The notes under the pieces are model-generated. The model searched no databases. It saw only the letters and a list, made by a program, of their open reading frames with translations, and was not told the origin of the DNA. This document shows positions 1-8,119 of a stretch of 32,355 bases of DNA, one piece after another. Numbering within the stretch: the stretch's first letter is position 1; each line of letters starts with the position of its first letter. Source of the stretch: Bacteroidota bacterium (GTDB lineage: Bacteria; Bacteroidota; Bacteroidia; Bacteroidales; VadinHA17); NCBI GenBank assembly GCA_030593185.1, contig JAUVHQ010000001.1, positions 1 through 32,355 on the forward strand. The letters are read 5' to 3'. The translations under genes and the position numbers were made by a program.

Positions 1-185
1 TACGACGGCAGGTTTTGCATTTCTTCTTTAACCGATTCGGCTCCCGAGATAGCGTTTTCCAACTCATCCCGCCCGGCAAGGTACGTTTTCGCAAATACCT
101 TGTTGCTATATGGGTTCGTGACCTCTAAAACAGCTTGTGTAATTACAAACTTTCCGTTAACATATATTTTATATTCCTTCATCAT
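1..185 (-). CDS. aldehyde dehydrogenase family protein, N-terminal fragment (continues beyond window start)
   Basis: I translated the minus strand from ATG at 183-185: MMKEYKIYVNGKFVITQAVLEVTNPYSNKVFAKTYLAGRDELENAISGAESVKEEMQNLPS. It is open to base 1. The I.NGK.V ... V.NPY ... AI..A layout is typical of ALDH N-termini. It is absent from the ORF track because it is truncated. Confidence 0.5.
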   Translation of the reverse strand, partial: MMKEYKIYVNGKFVITQAVLEVTNPYSNKVFAKTYLAGRDELENAISGAESVKEEMQNLPS

Positions 186-322
186 TTTGAAAATTTAAAA
201 TGGCGCATCAAAGCATTACAAATGTAGCACCTTATCTTTTAACACGATTAATATTTTTTCGTAATAAAGTCAAAATTATTAGAATAATAATTATGGTTCT
301 TCAGGATAAAACGTAGTTATCT

Positions 323-454
323 TGGAATACTGGAATATTGGAATGTTGGAATACTGGGGAATCCAGCATCCCATCATTCCATTGTCCATTGTTCCATTCT
401 TCCATCTTCCCTTTTTTCCATTTTTCCATCTTTCCATCTTTCCATCTTTCCATC
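323..454. repeat. inverted pair of degenerate octamer arrays (tggaatac x5, then ccatcttt-type words)
   Basis: Positions 323-362 hold five tandem 8-mers: tggaatac, tggaatat, tggaatgt, tggaatac, tggggaat. Positions 371-454 hold the complementary-sense word (att)ccat repeated about 10 times, including perfect ccatcttt x3 at 426-449. The arms are roughly reverse-complementary. The array lies in the divergent spacer between the ALDH fragment and the EamA gene. Confidence 0.85.
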
Positions 455-464
455 ATTTAATTAC

Positions 465-491
465 TTTGCTAAGCTATGTTCTTTATCTTTG
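465..491 (+). promoter_or_regulatory. candidate Bacteroidota sigma-A promoter (TTTG / TAnnTTTG)
   Basis: TATCTTTG at 484-491 matches the Bacteroidetes -7 consensus TAnnTTTG and lies 15 nt upstream of the ATG at 506. A TTTG at 465-468 could be the -33 element, but the 15-nt spacer is shorter than usual. Confidence 0.3.
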
Positions 492-505
492 TTGAAAAAA
501 CTTAA

Positions 506-1393
506 ATGGATCTGAACAAAAAAATCTGGCAGTGGGTTGTTTTACTGGTTTTGTCTTTGATATGGGGTTCATCGTTCATACTGATGAAAAGAGGACTTGA
601 CGCTTTCACAAATAATCAGGTAGCTGCCTTTCGCATTTTTATATCTTACCTTGCTTTTCTTCCTTTTGCAATTAAACACATCAATAAGCTAAAAAAAGAG
701 AATATTATTTCATTATTAATTGTAGGGTTTATCGGGAACGCCATTCCTGCAATGTTATTCACCAAAGCGCAAACCAGGATTGACAGTTCACTTGCCGGTA
801 TGCTGAATTCTCTTACACCTATGTTTACTCTTTTTGTTGGGTTATTGTTTTATAAAAGCAGGATACTGTTAATAAATATTGCAGGGATACTTCTTGGATT
901 AATTGGTGCTATTGGGCTGGTAAATAACGGGCAAAACATTTTGACCGGGGATAATAGTTATGCAATCTTTATAGTTGTTGCAACCATCTTTTACGGTATC
1001 AGCGTTAATGAAATTAAGTTTAAACTCCCCAGTATGAGTGGTATCGCTATTGCATCTTTGTCATTCTTTTTTATAGGACCGTTTGCCGGAATATATTTGT
1101 TATTCACTGATTACTCCAGTGCAATAAATTCAGGACTTTTCCTTCCTAGTCTGGGATATATCTCTATCCTTGCTATCTTCGGCTCATTTTTTGCGGTTAT
1201 GCTGTTCAATACACTAATAAAATATACATCGGCAATTTTTGGCGCATCAGTTACATATATAATTCCACTGATTGCTATTATGTGGGGAGTTGTTGACGGA
1301 GAACCATTTACCATCAATCATTTATTATGGATCACTGTTATCCTGGTGGGTATTTATCTTGTAAATAAACGAAAGCTAATTACAATTCACTAA
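506..1393 (+). CDS. EamA/DMT-superfamily permease
   Basis: The 295-aa product has about 10 hydrophobic helices in two halves. The N-terminal LSLIWGSSFILMKRGL and the overall layout are typical of the EamA (RhaT/DMT) duplication. Confidence 0.8.
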   Translation: MDLNKKIWQWVVLLVLSLIWGSSFILMKRGLDAFTNNQVAAFRIFISYLAFLPFAIKHINKLKKENIISLLIVGFIGNAIPAMLFTKAQTRIDSSLAGMLNSLTPMFTLFVGLLFYKSRILLINIAGILLGLIGAIGLVNNGQNILTGDNSYAIFIVVATIFYGISVNEIKFKLPSMSGIAIASLSFFFIGPFAGIYLLFTDYSSAINSGLFLPSLGYISILAIFGSFFAVMLFNTLIKYTSAIFGASVTYIIPLIAIMWGVVDGEPFTINHLLWITVILVGIYLVNKRKLITIH

Positions 1394-1412
1394 TTGAAAG
1401 AAACCTGTAAAA

Positions 1413-3032
1413 ATGAATAAAAAGACACTTATTCTCAACTCAGTTATTAGCGGAATACTGCTAAGCCTTGCCTGGTCAAGCTGGTTCTCCGGCCTGGTTA
1501 TTCTTATCGCGATTATTCCCCTGCTTTTTGTTGAAGGATATTTTTACCGGAACCGGGAGAAATTCAAATCAAAGGTCTTTTTTCTTTATCTGTCCCTTTC
1601 TTTTATTATATGGAACCTGATATCAATTTTCTGGATTTATAATGCCACTCTTCCGGGTGCAATTCTTGCCATTCTTATTAATACATCCCTGCTATCATTA
1701 GTCCTCTGGCTATTTCACATAACCCACAGGCGCCTGGGAAACAGGTTCGGATATTTCAGTCTCGTTATTTACTGGATAGCGTTTGAGCATTTTTACCTGA
1801 ATGCCGAGATTTCATTCCCATGGTTAAACCTCGGAAACGGGCTGGCAAAAGATCTTCTTTTCATTCAATGGTTTGAGTATACCGGCACTTTGGGTGGTAC
1901 TCTGTGGATTATCATTGTAAATATCCTGCTCTATAAGATCATTACTAATTATCTACAAGGGAGAGTTTTGCGAGAACAGATGACTTTAACTTTTTTTGCT
2001 TCCGGTTTTATTTTTATACCCATGGTTGTTTCAACCATCATGTTTTATTCTTACAAAGAATCAAAAGACCCATATAATATTGTAATTATTCAACCTAATA
2101 TTGACCCGTACAATGATAAATACGGAGGTCTTTCAAACTACAAACAGCTAAGTATTATCCTGAATCTTGCCGATTCTCTGGTTGATGAAGAGACAGATTA
2201 TGTTATTGGCCCGGAAACATCAATTAATGATAATATCTGGAAAGGCACTATTTCTCAAAATTCCAGTATTAAAAGGATCAAAGATTATGTTAAAAAATAT
2301 CCGGAGATAAAATTTGTCATCGGTATTACATCTTTAAAGAGATATGAAAAAGGAGAGAAACTTTCTCATACCGTAAGGAAATTTAGCGACGTTGATATGT
2401 ATTATGATGTTTATAATACCGGTATACAGGTTGATTCGTCAGAGAATATCCAGTTATATCATAAATCAAAACTTGTTGTTGGTGTAGAAAAAATGCCATA
2501 TCCACATCTGTTTAAATTTCTTGAAAATATTATTTTCGATCTGGGTGGTACAACAGGTAGTTATGGTACTCAAAAAGAAAGAACTACGCTTAATGAACTT
2601 GGGGGTAAGGCGAAAATTGCAACTTTAATCTGTTATGAATCAGTATATGGAGAGTATGTGACACGATATATCCATAATGGAGCAAATATAATTTTTGTAA
2701 TCACAAATGATGGATGGTGGGGGAATACGTCAGGATATAAGCAACACCTCACTTACTCGAGTCTCAGGGCTATCGAAACCAGGAGAAGTGTTGCCCGTTC
2801 TGCTAATACAGGAGTTTCATGTTTCATAAACCAGCGGGGTGAGATAATGCAGCCAACTGAATGGTGGGTACCCGATGTTATCAAATCATCTTTAAACCTG
2901 AACGAGAAAATTACATTCTATGTAAAATACGGTGATTACCTGGGCAGAGTCTCTGATTTCTTTGCTATAATTCTTCTAGCATATACACTGGTAAATTTCC
3001 TGATATCCGGAAAAATTACGAAAAAATCTTAA
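1413..3032 (+). CDS. lnt: apolipoprotein N-acyltransferase
   Basis: The 539-aa product has a multi-TM N-terminal half followed by a CN-hydrolase domain. Catalytic-triad contexts are VIGPETS (Glu), YHKSKLVVGVEKMPYP (Lys) and ATLICYESVYGEY (Cys), plus NDGWWGNTSGYKQH. Confidence 0.9.
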   Translation: MNKKTLILNSVISGILLSLAWSSWFSGLVILIAIIPLLFVEGYFYRNREKFKSKVFFLYLSLSFIIWNLISIFWIYNATLPGAILAILINTSLLSLVLWLFHITHRRLGNRFGYFSLVIYWIAFEHFYLNAEISFPWLNLGNGLAKDLLFIQWFEYTGTLGGTLWIIIVNILLYKIITNYLQGRVLREQMTLTFFASGFIFIPMVVSTIMFYSYKESKDPYNIVIIQPNIDPYNDKYGGLSNYKQLSIILNLADSLVDEETDYVIGPETSINDNIWKGTISQNSSIKRIKDYVKKYPEIKFVIGITSLKRYEKGEKLSHTVRKFSDVDMYYDVYNTGIQVDSSENIQLYHKSKLVVGVEKMPYPHLFKFLENIIFDLGGTTGSYGTQKERTTLNELGGKAKIATLICYESVYGEYVTRYIHNGANIIFVITNDGWWGNTSGYKQHLTYSSLRAIETRRSVARSANTGVSCFINQRGEIMQPTEWWVPDVIKSSLNLNEKITFYVKYGDYLGRVSDFFAIILLAYTLVNFLISGKITKKS

Positions 3033-3044
3033 CCTGGAAAACAT

Positions 3045-3072
3045 AAGATATTGAATCCCTTCTTAATATCTT
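3045..3072 (+). terminator. weak AT-rich hairpin downstream of lnt
   Basis: aagatatt (3045-3052) pairs with aatatctt (3065-3072) across a 12-nt loop, followed by the pyrimidine-rich cttcatttctttt. The stem is AT-only, so this is weak. Confidence 0.25.
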
Positions 3073-3085
3073 CTTCATTTCTTTT

Positions 3086-3157
3086 GCAGTGAGGCAGTGT
3101 TGCGGTGTTGCAGTGTGAAGAGTTTCGGGTTTCTAGTTACGGGTTACAGGTGCGTAA
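3086..3157. repeat. degenerate heptamer word arrays (gcagtg-type, then tacgggt-type)
   Basis: gcagtgaggcagtgttgcggtgttgcagtgtgaag is followed by ttcgggt ttctagt tacgggt tacaggt. The second array is the reverse complement of the acccgta array at 4065-4092. Confidence 0.8.
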
Positions 3158-3750
3158 TCATCAGTCACATAGATATTTCCCGAGAATTTTATGTTTTAAA
3201 TGAAAGATGAAGAACTTACGTAAGTTTACAATAAGCGGTCAGACCGGTGGGAAAAGGGATATACCTTATATGAAACTCCGGAGATAAGCAGAAGCAGAAT
3301 GCTGAAGTAATTAAAAACTGGTCAGACCGCTGAAAAAGCAGCTTATTAGAAATACTGACAAAATGGATAAATTTTTTGGTTTATAAAATTATTAGTTCAT
3401 TAAAAGTAAAACGAAGGTTATTAGTTAAAACATACAACTTCTCACTTGTTTCACTTTCCTGCCTAATTGCCTTTACTACACCTTTGATTAAAGGGTCTTT
3501 TTTACTTTGTACCTTAGTGCCTATTGCTATGTCCTTGCGTCTTGCCACTACTTCATGTTCATCAGTTATAAACTTATTTGCCCTGTATAAAAATTAGCAG
3601 GCAAATGAAAGATATGCAATTATTATGTTCGTCTATATAGAAATTAGCTATATAATATTATTCAGTAATAATTTAGAATTCTACAAGTTACAAATAATTT
3701 GGAAATTTATGCAAAATAAAAAGAGAATATCCTTTGTCCCGAAGGACACA

Positions 3751-3975
3751 GCTTTAACCGGATTTTAAAGTGTGAAAAAGGATTTTGCGAGGAGCGTAGC
3801 GACGAAGCAATCTCTCAAGAACAACCAGAATGTCAAAGAAATTAACTGTCATGAGCTTTACGAAAAGTCCGGAGAGATTGCTTCACTGCGTTCGCAAAAT
3901 CCATATACTTATTATGCTTAAAAGGAGACACATGACAGTCTCCAACCTTGAACCACTTAGAAGAATGAAGGATGA
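3751..3975. repeat. copy A of a roughly 200-bp repeat with a 123-nt long-hairpin core (MITE-like or structured RNA)
   Basis: The core at 3780-3902 has arms ggattttgcga...gaagcaatctctc and gagagattgcttc...tcgcaaaatcc, which pair as 11 bp + 13 bp around an internal loop. The reverse complement aligns by eye over the whole core and both flanks to 15245-15450. Confidence 0.8.
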
Positions 3976-4021
3976 TTGCCTGCCACGTGAAATGCGACGA
4001 AGGAGCATATTTTACGGTGGT

Positions 4022-4094
4022 TGAAGGATGAAGTGAAGAAAAATATGAATACCTTTGGTAACGAACCCGTAACTCGTAACCCGTAACACGTAAC
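4022..4094. repeat. purine-rich gaag words followed by heptamer array acccgta actcgta acccgta acacgta
   Basis: Four tandem 7-mers lie at 4065-4092. They form an inverted partner of 3124-3151, and the same word recurs at 8803-8825. Confidence 0.8.
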
Positions 4095-4152
4095 AGATTG
4101 TAGTAATTAGAAAAACAGGTAATAATTTTGGTTTTAGGAAATCACTTATCGC

Positions 4153-6141
4153 TTAAGACCCTTCTTCAAACTTTTTCAAACCGGCATCCAGAAAATCAAT
4201 ATATTCCCTGATATTCAAGTTATAAGCCATTGGAGGTGTTAGAACATTCTCCTCATGATCGAGAATAACGTAATAGGGTTGTGAATTTATTCTGAACCGG
4301 GAGATTTGAAAATCGGTATTCTTTTTGCCAATAGTCTTTTTTATCTTTCCGTCGAATCCGGAAGTAATCCATTCATCTTCAGGTAACTTTGTCCGGTCGT
4401 CAACATAAAGAGCAATAATAACAAAATTCTCTTTTAATCGTTTCAACACATCAGGATCAGACCATACTTTAGCTTCCATCTCTTTACAATTGCTACAGGC
4501 ATGACCATTGAAATCCAGTAGCACCGGTTTGTTTAATGCTTTTGCACATGCAAGACCTTGCCGGTAATCAAAATATCCTGTTAATCCGTATGGTAAGTGC
4601 AGGAAATCAGCATATTTCGGGTCGTCACATAATATATTTGTTTCATTGGTACCGGGGGTAACAGGAGATAGTGAAATCTGAAAAGAAGTTGATGAAACAT
4701 CAATTTTTTGCGCTTCCTTCGGAGGTAATAAGCCGGAAATAGGTTTTAGTTGTGCACCAAATAATCCGGGAATAAGGTAAACCACAAAAGTAAAAGTAGC
4801 CAGAACAAAAACCAGTCTCGGCACACTTAAGTAAGGGACATCACTATCATTGGCAAATTTTATTTTCCCAAGTAAATAGAATCCCATTAAACTGAAGATC
4901 ACTATCCAGAGTGCAATATAAATATCCCTGCTCATAATACCCAGATGGTAACCCTGATCGATAGTTGAGATAAATTTAAAACTAAAGGCGAGCACAATAA
5001 ATCCAAGTACAACTTTAACAGAATTAAGCCAGCCTCCTGATTTAGGAAGAGTGTTTATCCATGATGGAAAAATAGCAAAAAGGGTGAAAGGTAAGGCAAA
5101 TGCTAAAGAGAACCCGAACATTCCCAGGGCAGGTTCAATAACCTCGCCACTTGCTGCTTCAACCAAAAGAGCGCCAACAATAGGACCGGTGCAGGAAAAA
5201 GATACCAGAACAGTAGTAAGCCCCATAAAGAATGCAGCTATAAGCCCTCCTTTGTCAGCCTGTTTATCTGCTCTGTTTATTAATTTGTTAGGTAAAATCA
5301 GTTCAAACATCCCGAAAAACGAAGCTGCAAATGCCATAAAAAGCAGAAAGAATATCAGGTTAGGTATCCAGTGTGTGCTAATATTACCGGCAAAATCAGC
5401 CCCCGCACTTGTAAGCGATACAATAAGACCTATCGACGTATAGATAATAATAATTGAAAGTCCGAAAATAATTGCCTGGACAAGTGATTTACCCCGGCTG
5501 ACATTTCCACGGCTAAAAAAAGCAACCGTCATTGGTATCATCGGGAATACACAAGGAGTAAGAATACCGGCAAAACCTGCAAGTATTGATAGAAAGAAAA
5601 ACCCTATTAGTGATGACCTGTTGCCTGATGATTGGGACTTTAAAGAGTCAATAGTAGTTATAGCCCGGGATGCATCGTTTGGTTCAAGTACAAATTCAAA
5701 CTCTTCATCTTTGGGAGGCAGACATCTTTGATCATCACAACTCATATATTCAATGCTTCCTGAGATAGTAACAGGTCCATCTGAGATTAGTTTAACCTTT
5801 TGAATAAAAACAGCTTTATCACTAAAAAGCTTAAGGATCATATCAAAGCTGGGATCGTATTTCTCCTCTGCTTCAGACATCTCTTCCACATTTCCAACCA
5901 ACTCAAAATTATCTGATTCGTTTATGCTGAAAAAAGTAGGTATCGGTCCTCCGGCAGGAATATCTTGCGAATACAAATGCCAGCTATTCTCAATTTTAGC
6001 AGTAAAAACTAATTCATACTGCATTGTTCCTGTTTTGTTATAAGCAAACTCCCAATCAACCGGATCGAGGATCTGCGAAAACAGAGCATTTGCACTTAAA
6101 AACAAAAATAAAATAAGTGTTATGGGATGATTTCGTTTCAT
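4153..6141 (-). CDS. dsbD: DsbD-family protein-disulfide reductase (N-terminal periplasmic domain, CcdA-like TM core, C-terminal thioredoxin fold)
   Basis: The 662-aa product has a signal peptide. TM-core cysteines sit in LTPCVFPMIPMT and FSCTGPIVGALL, and the C-terminal thioredoxin-like domain carries CSNC (GHACSNCKEME). Confidence 0.85.
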   Translation of the reverse strand: MKRNHPITLILFLFLSANALFSQILDPVDWEFAYNKTGTMQYELVFTAKIENSWHLYSQDIPAGGPIPTFFSINESDNFELVGNVEEMSEAEEKYDPSFDMILKLFSDKAVFIQKVKLISDGPVTISGSIEYMSCDDQRCLPPKDEEFEFVLEPNDASRAITTIDSLKSQSSGNRSSLIGFFFLSILAGFAGILTPCVFPMIPMTVAFFSRGNVSRGKSLVQAIIFGLSIIIIYTSIGLIVSLTSAGADFAGNISTHWIPNLIFFLLFMAFAASFFGMFELILPNKLINRADKQADKGGLIAAFFMGLTTVLVSFSCTGPIVGALLVEAASGEVIEPALGMFGFSLAFALPFTLFAIFPSWINTLPKSGGWLNSVKVVLGFIVLAFSFKFISTIDQGYHLGIMSRDIYIALWIVIFSLMGFYLLGKIKFANDSDVPYLSVPRLVFVLATFTFVVYLIPGLFGAQLKPISGLLPPKEAQKIDVSSTSFQISLSPVTPGTNETNILCDDPKYADFLHLPYGLTGYFDYRQGLACAKALNKPVLLDFNGHACSNCKEMEAKVWSDPDVLKRLKENFVIIALYVDDRTKLPEDEWITSGFDGKIKKTIGKKNTDFQISRFRINSQPYYVILDHEENVLTPPMAYNLNIREYIDFLDAGLKKFEEGS

Positions 6142-6166
6142 AATTTATTAAAATTTGTTGCTATTT

Positions 6167-6264
6167 AGTGCCTTAGGTTTGGAGTGCCTAGAGTGCCTAA
6201 AGTACTTAGAGTGCCTAAAGTTTAAAGTGACTAAAATAGTAAAAATTACAAATTACAAATTACA
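6167..6264. repeat. nonamer array agtgcctaa-type followed by perfect heptamer aattaca x3
   Basis: Positions 6167-6234 read agtgcctta..agtgcctag agtgcctaa agtacttag agtgcctaa ..agtgactaa. Positions 6244-6264 are aattaca x3. The supplied ORF 6155-6337 is simply a translation of these repeats (LECLECLKYLECLK). Confidence 0.85.
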
Positions 6265-6400
6265 AACACCAAAATATTTACCCTGTGAAATAATTTTTGC
6301 TTTGCAAAAATTACTTCGTATTTCACAGGGCAGGTAAATCTCAATAACCCAAATCACAATATTCAAAGCTGTTTCGGTCACCCGCCTGCCCAAAATGCCT
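6238..6400. repeat. locus 1 of a composite hairpin-rich intergenic element (shares an identical 45-mer with 27728-27772)
   Basis: The layout is an aattaca array and caccaaaa, then an imperfect hairpin at 6276-6339 (atttaccctgtgaaata...tatttcacagggcaggtaaat), then the block at 6350-6394, caaatcacaatattcaaagctgtttcggtcacccgcctgcccaaa. That block is identical at 45/45 positions to 27728-27772. Confidence 0.85.
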
Positions 6401-6443
6401 AAAGTTTTAAATTCTTTCTAATTGAAGTAAAAATAGCAAGGAT

Positions 6444-7994
6444 TTACTTTGTGATTTCGTCGCCATATTTATCGAAGAAGTGATATTCCAGGAAATTATA
6501 GGCTTGCATTTTTCTTATTTTTATTTTGCACTTATGTTTCACTCGCCACTTTAAACGCAGTGACCAAATACCTTTAGTTATATAAGCCGCAATAATAGGA
6601 TGCACTTTTAATGTGAGTTTTGACAACTTGAGATCTTTTACAATATTACCAATTTCCTCTTCAAGTTTTTCAGTAAACAGTAATGCAGGAGTTATTTTAC
6701 CGGAACCATGGCATGCAGGACATTTTTCTATCGTAGTAATATTCATCTCAGGTCTTACGCGCTGGCGAGTGATCTGCATAAGTCCGAATCTGGTTAACGG
6801 CAGGATATTATGTTTCGCACGGTCGCCCTTCATTTCTTCTTTCATATTCTCAAACAGCTTGTTCCTGTTTCCGGCAGAAAGCATATCAATGAAGTCAATA
6901 ACAATTATTCCCCCCATATCCCGCAGACGTAACTGCCTTGATATCTCATTAGCAGCAGCCATGTTAACTTCCAGGGCATTTGTTTCCTGATCATTTCCGG
7001 ATTTTGAACGATTTCCGCTATTCACATCAATAACGTGTAAAGCTTCAGTGTGTTCAATAATAAGATAAGCCCCATTTTTAAAATTAACCGTTTTACCAAA
7101 AAGGGCTTTAATTTGCTTAGTGACTCCAAACTGGTCAAAAATAGGAGTTTTACCAATATAAAGTTTAACGATTTTTTCTTTCTCAGGAGCAATAGTTTTA
7201 ATATATTCTTTTACTTCCCTATAAAGAGAATAGTCGTTTACATTGATACTGGAAAAATTTACATTCAGGTTATCCCGAAGAAGAGCAGCTGTACGGTTAA
7301 GTTCTACTATCATCAATTTCGGGAAAGAAACTACGTTAAGCTGAGAAAAAGCTTTTTCCCATTTAACAACCAGGTCACGCAATTCTGAGTCAAGAAGTGC
7401 CACTTTTTTACCCTGAGCAGCTGTTCTTATGATCACCCCATAATTCCTGGGTTTAATACTCTGCAGAAGCATTTTTAACCGGTTTTTTTCCTCGGGCAAT
7501 TCCAGTTTCTGAGAAACAGACACCTTGTCGGAAAAGGGCATAAGAACAATATTACGACCTGCAAGGGAAATTTCAGAACACAGTCTGGGTCCTTTTGTTG
7601 AGATAGGTTCCTTTGTTATCTGAACTATAATGGGTTGATCAACTTTCAGTACATTATTGATCTTCCCATATTTATCAATATCTTGTTCTCTTTTGAACCT
7701 GTTTAACGACGGGACTTTACCTTTACGACTAATAGCAATATCGAGATACTTTTTCAATGACAGGAACTGCGGGCCAAGGTCCAGATAATGCAAGAAAGCA
7801 TCCTTCCCATACCCCACATCAACAAATGCGGCGTTCAGTCCGGGCATTATCTTTTTTACTTTTCCAAGATAAATATCACCGACCGAAAATTTAAGATTAG
7901 TCTTTTCCTTCTTAAGTTCAACTAATCGTTTATTCTCAAGAAAGGCGCTATTTATCTCAGAGGGAGAGTAACTAATTACCAGATCCTGGCTCAC
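6444..7994 (-). CDS. rng: Rne/Rng-family ribonuclease (RNase G/E)
   Basis: The 516-aa product has an N-terminal S1-like segment (GDIYLGKVKKIMPGLNAAFVDVGYGKDAFLH). The catalytic core contains HTEALHVIDVNSG and GGIIVIDFIDM, and there is a Zn-link-like CPACHGSG. Confidence 0.85.
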   Translation of the reverse strand: MSQDLVISYSPSEINSAFLENKRLVELKKEKTNLKFSVGDIYLGKVKKIMPGLNAAFVDVGYGKDAFLHYLDLGPQFLSLKKYLDIAISRKGKVPSLNRFKREQDIDKYGKINNVLKVDQPIIVQITKEPISTKGPRLCSEISLAGRNIVLMPFSDKVSVSQKLELPEEKNRLKMLLQSIKPRNYGVIIRTAAQGKKVALLDSELRDLVVKWEKAFSQLNVVSFPKLMIVELNRTAALLRDNLNVNFSSINVNDYSLYREVKEYIKTIAPEKEKIVKLYIGKTPIFDQFGVTKQIKALFGKTVNFKNGAYLIIEHTEALHVIDVNSGNRSKSGNDQETNALEVNMAAANEISRQLRLRDMGGIIVIDFIDMLSAGNRNKLFENMKEEMKGDRAKHNILPLTRFGLMQITRQRVRPEMNITTIEKCPACHGSGKITPALLFTEKLEEEIGNIVKDLKLSKLTLKVHPIIAAYITKGIWSLRLKWRVKHKCKIKIRKMQAYNFLEYHFFDKYGDEITK

Positions 7995-8049
7995 AATATC
8001 CTCATGTTAAATTATCAACCGCACTATTTCACAATACTACAACTAGCTA

Positions 8050-8077
8050 AACCTAAAGGCTAACAAACCTTTAGGTT
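8050..8077 (-). terminator. 10-bp stem hairpin downstream of the small basic ORF / upstream of rng
   Basis: aacctaaagg (8050-8059) pairs perfectly with cctttaggtt (8068-8077) across an 8-nt loop. On the minus strand it follows the stop at 8120 and is trailed by a partly T-rich tract. Confidence 0.4.
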
Positions 8078-8119
8078 AAATAGTAAAACACATTAATAAA
8101 TGAATTAGGAAACGGATGT

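Noticed and set aside
1111-1317. Antisense or alternate-frame ORFs lying wholly inside larger, well-supported genes. These are 1111-1317, 5051-5443, 6613-6990, 7050-7388, 8313-8546, 9441-9722, 9957-10151, 10548-10868, 11025-11225, 12387-12569, 12576-12788, 13232-13450, 16187-16438, 16228-16722, 16735-16956, 18641-18850, 19180-19596, 20704-20913, 24517-24738, 26041-26247, 26274-26471, 28134-28331, 29437-29622, 30107-30292, 30409-30600, 31073-31255 and 31270-31494.
   Set aside because: Each is shorter than the recognisable gene it overlaps, and their products have low-complexity or odd composition with no motifs. These are typical shadow ORFs of an AT-rich genome.
3376-3597. 73-aa ORF in the long lnt-dsbD spacer.
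   Set aside because: It has a TTG start, no promoter-like motif and a Leu/Ser/Thr-rich low-complexity product. The sequence contains the same cctgcc/gtgcct words seen in non-coding spacers. I treat it as non-coding, though a small membrane peptide cannot be fully excluded.
3830-4024. 64-aa ORF.
   Set aside because: It lies across the apical part and right arm of the long-hairpin repeat and the following hairpins. The inverted second copy (15298-15420) does not preserve the frame.
6155-6337. 60-aa ORF (MLLFSALGLECLECLKYLECLK...).
   Set aside because: It is a direct translation of the agtgcctaa and aattaca tandem repeats and the following hairpin, so it is not a gene.
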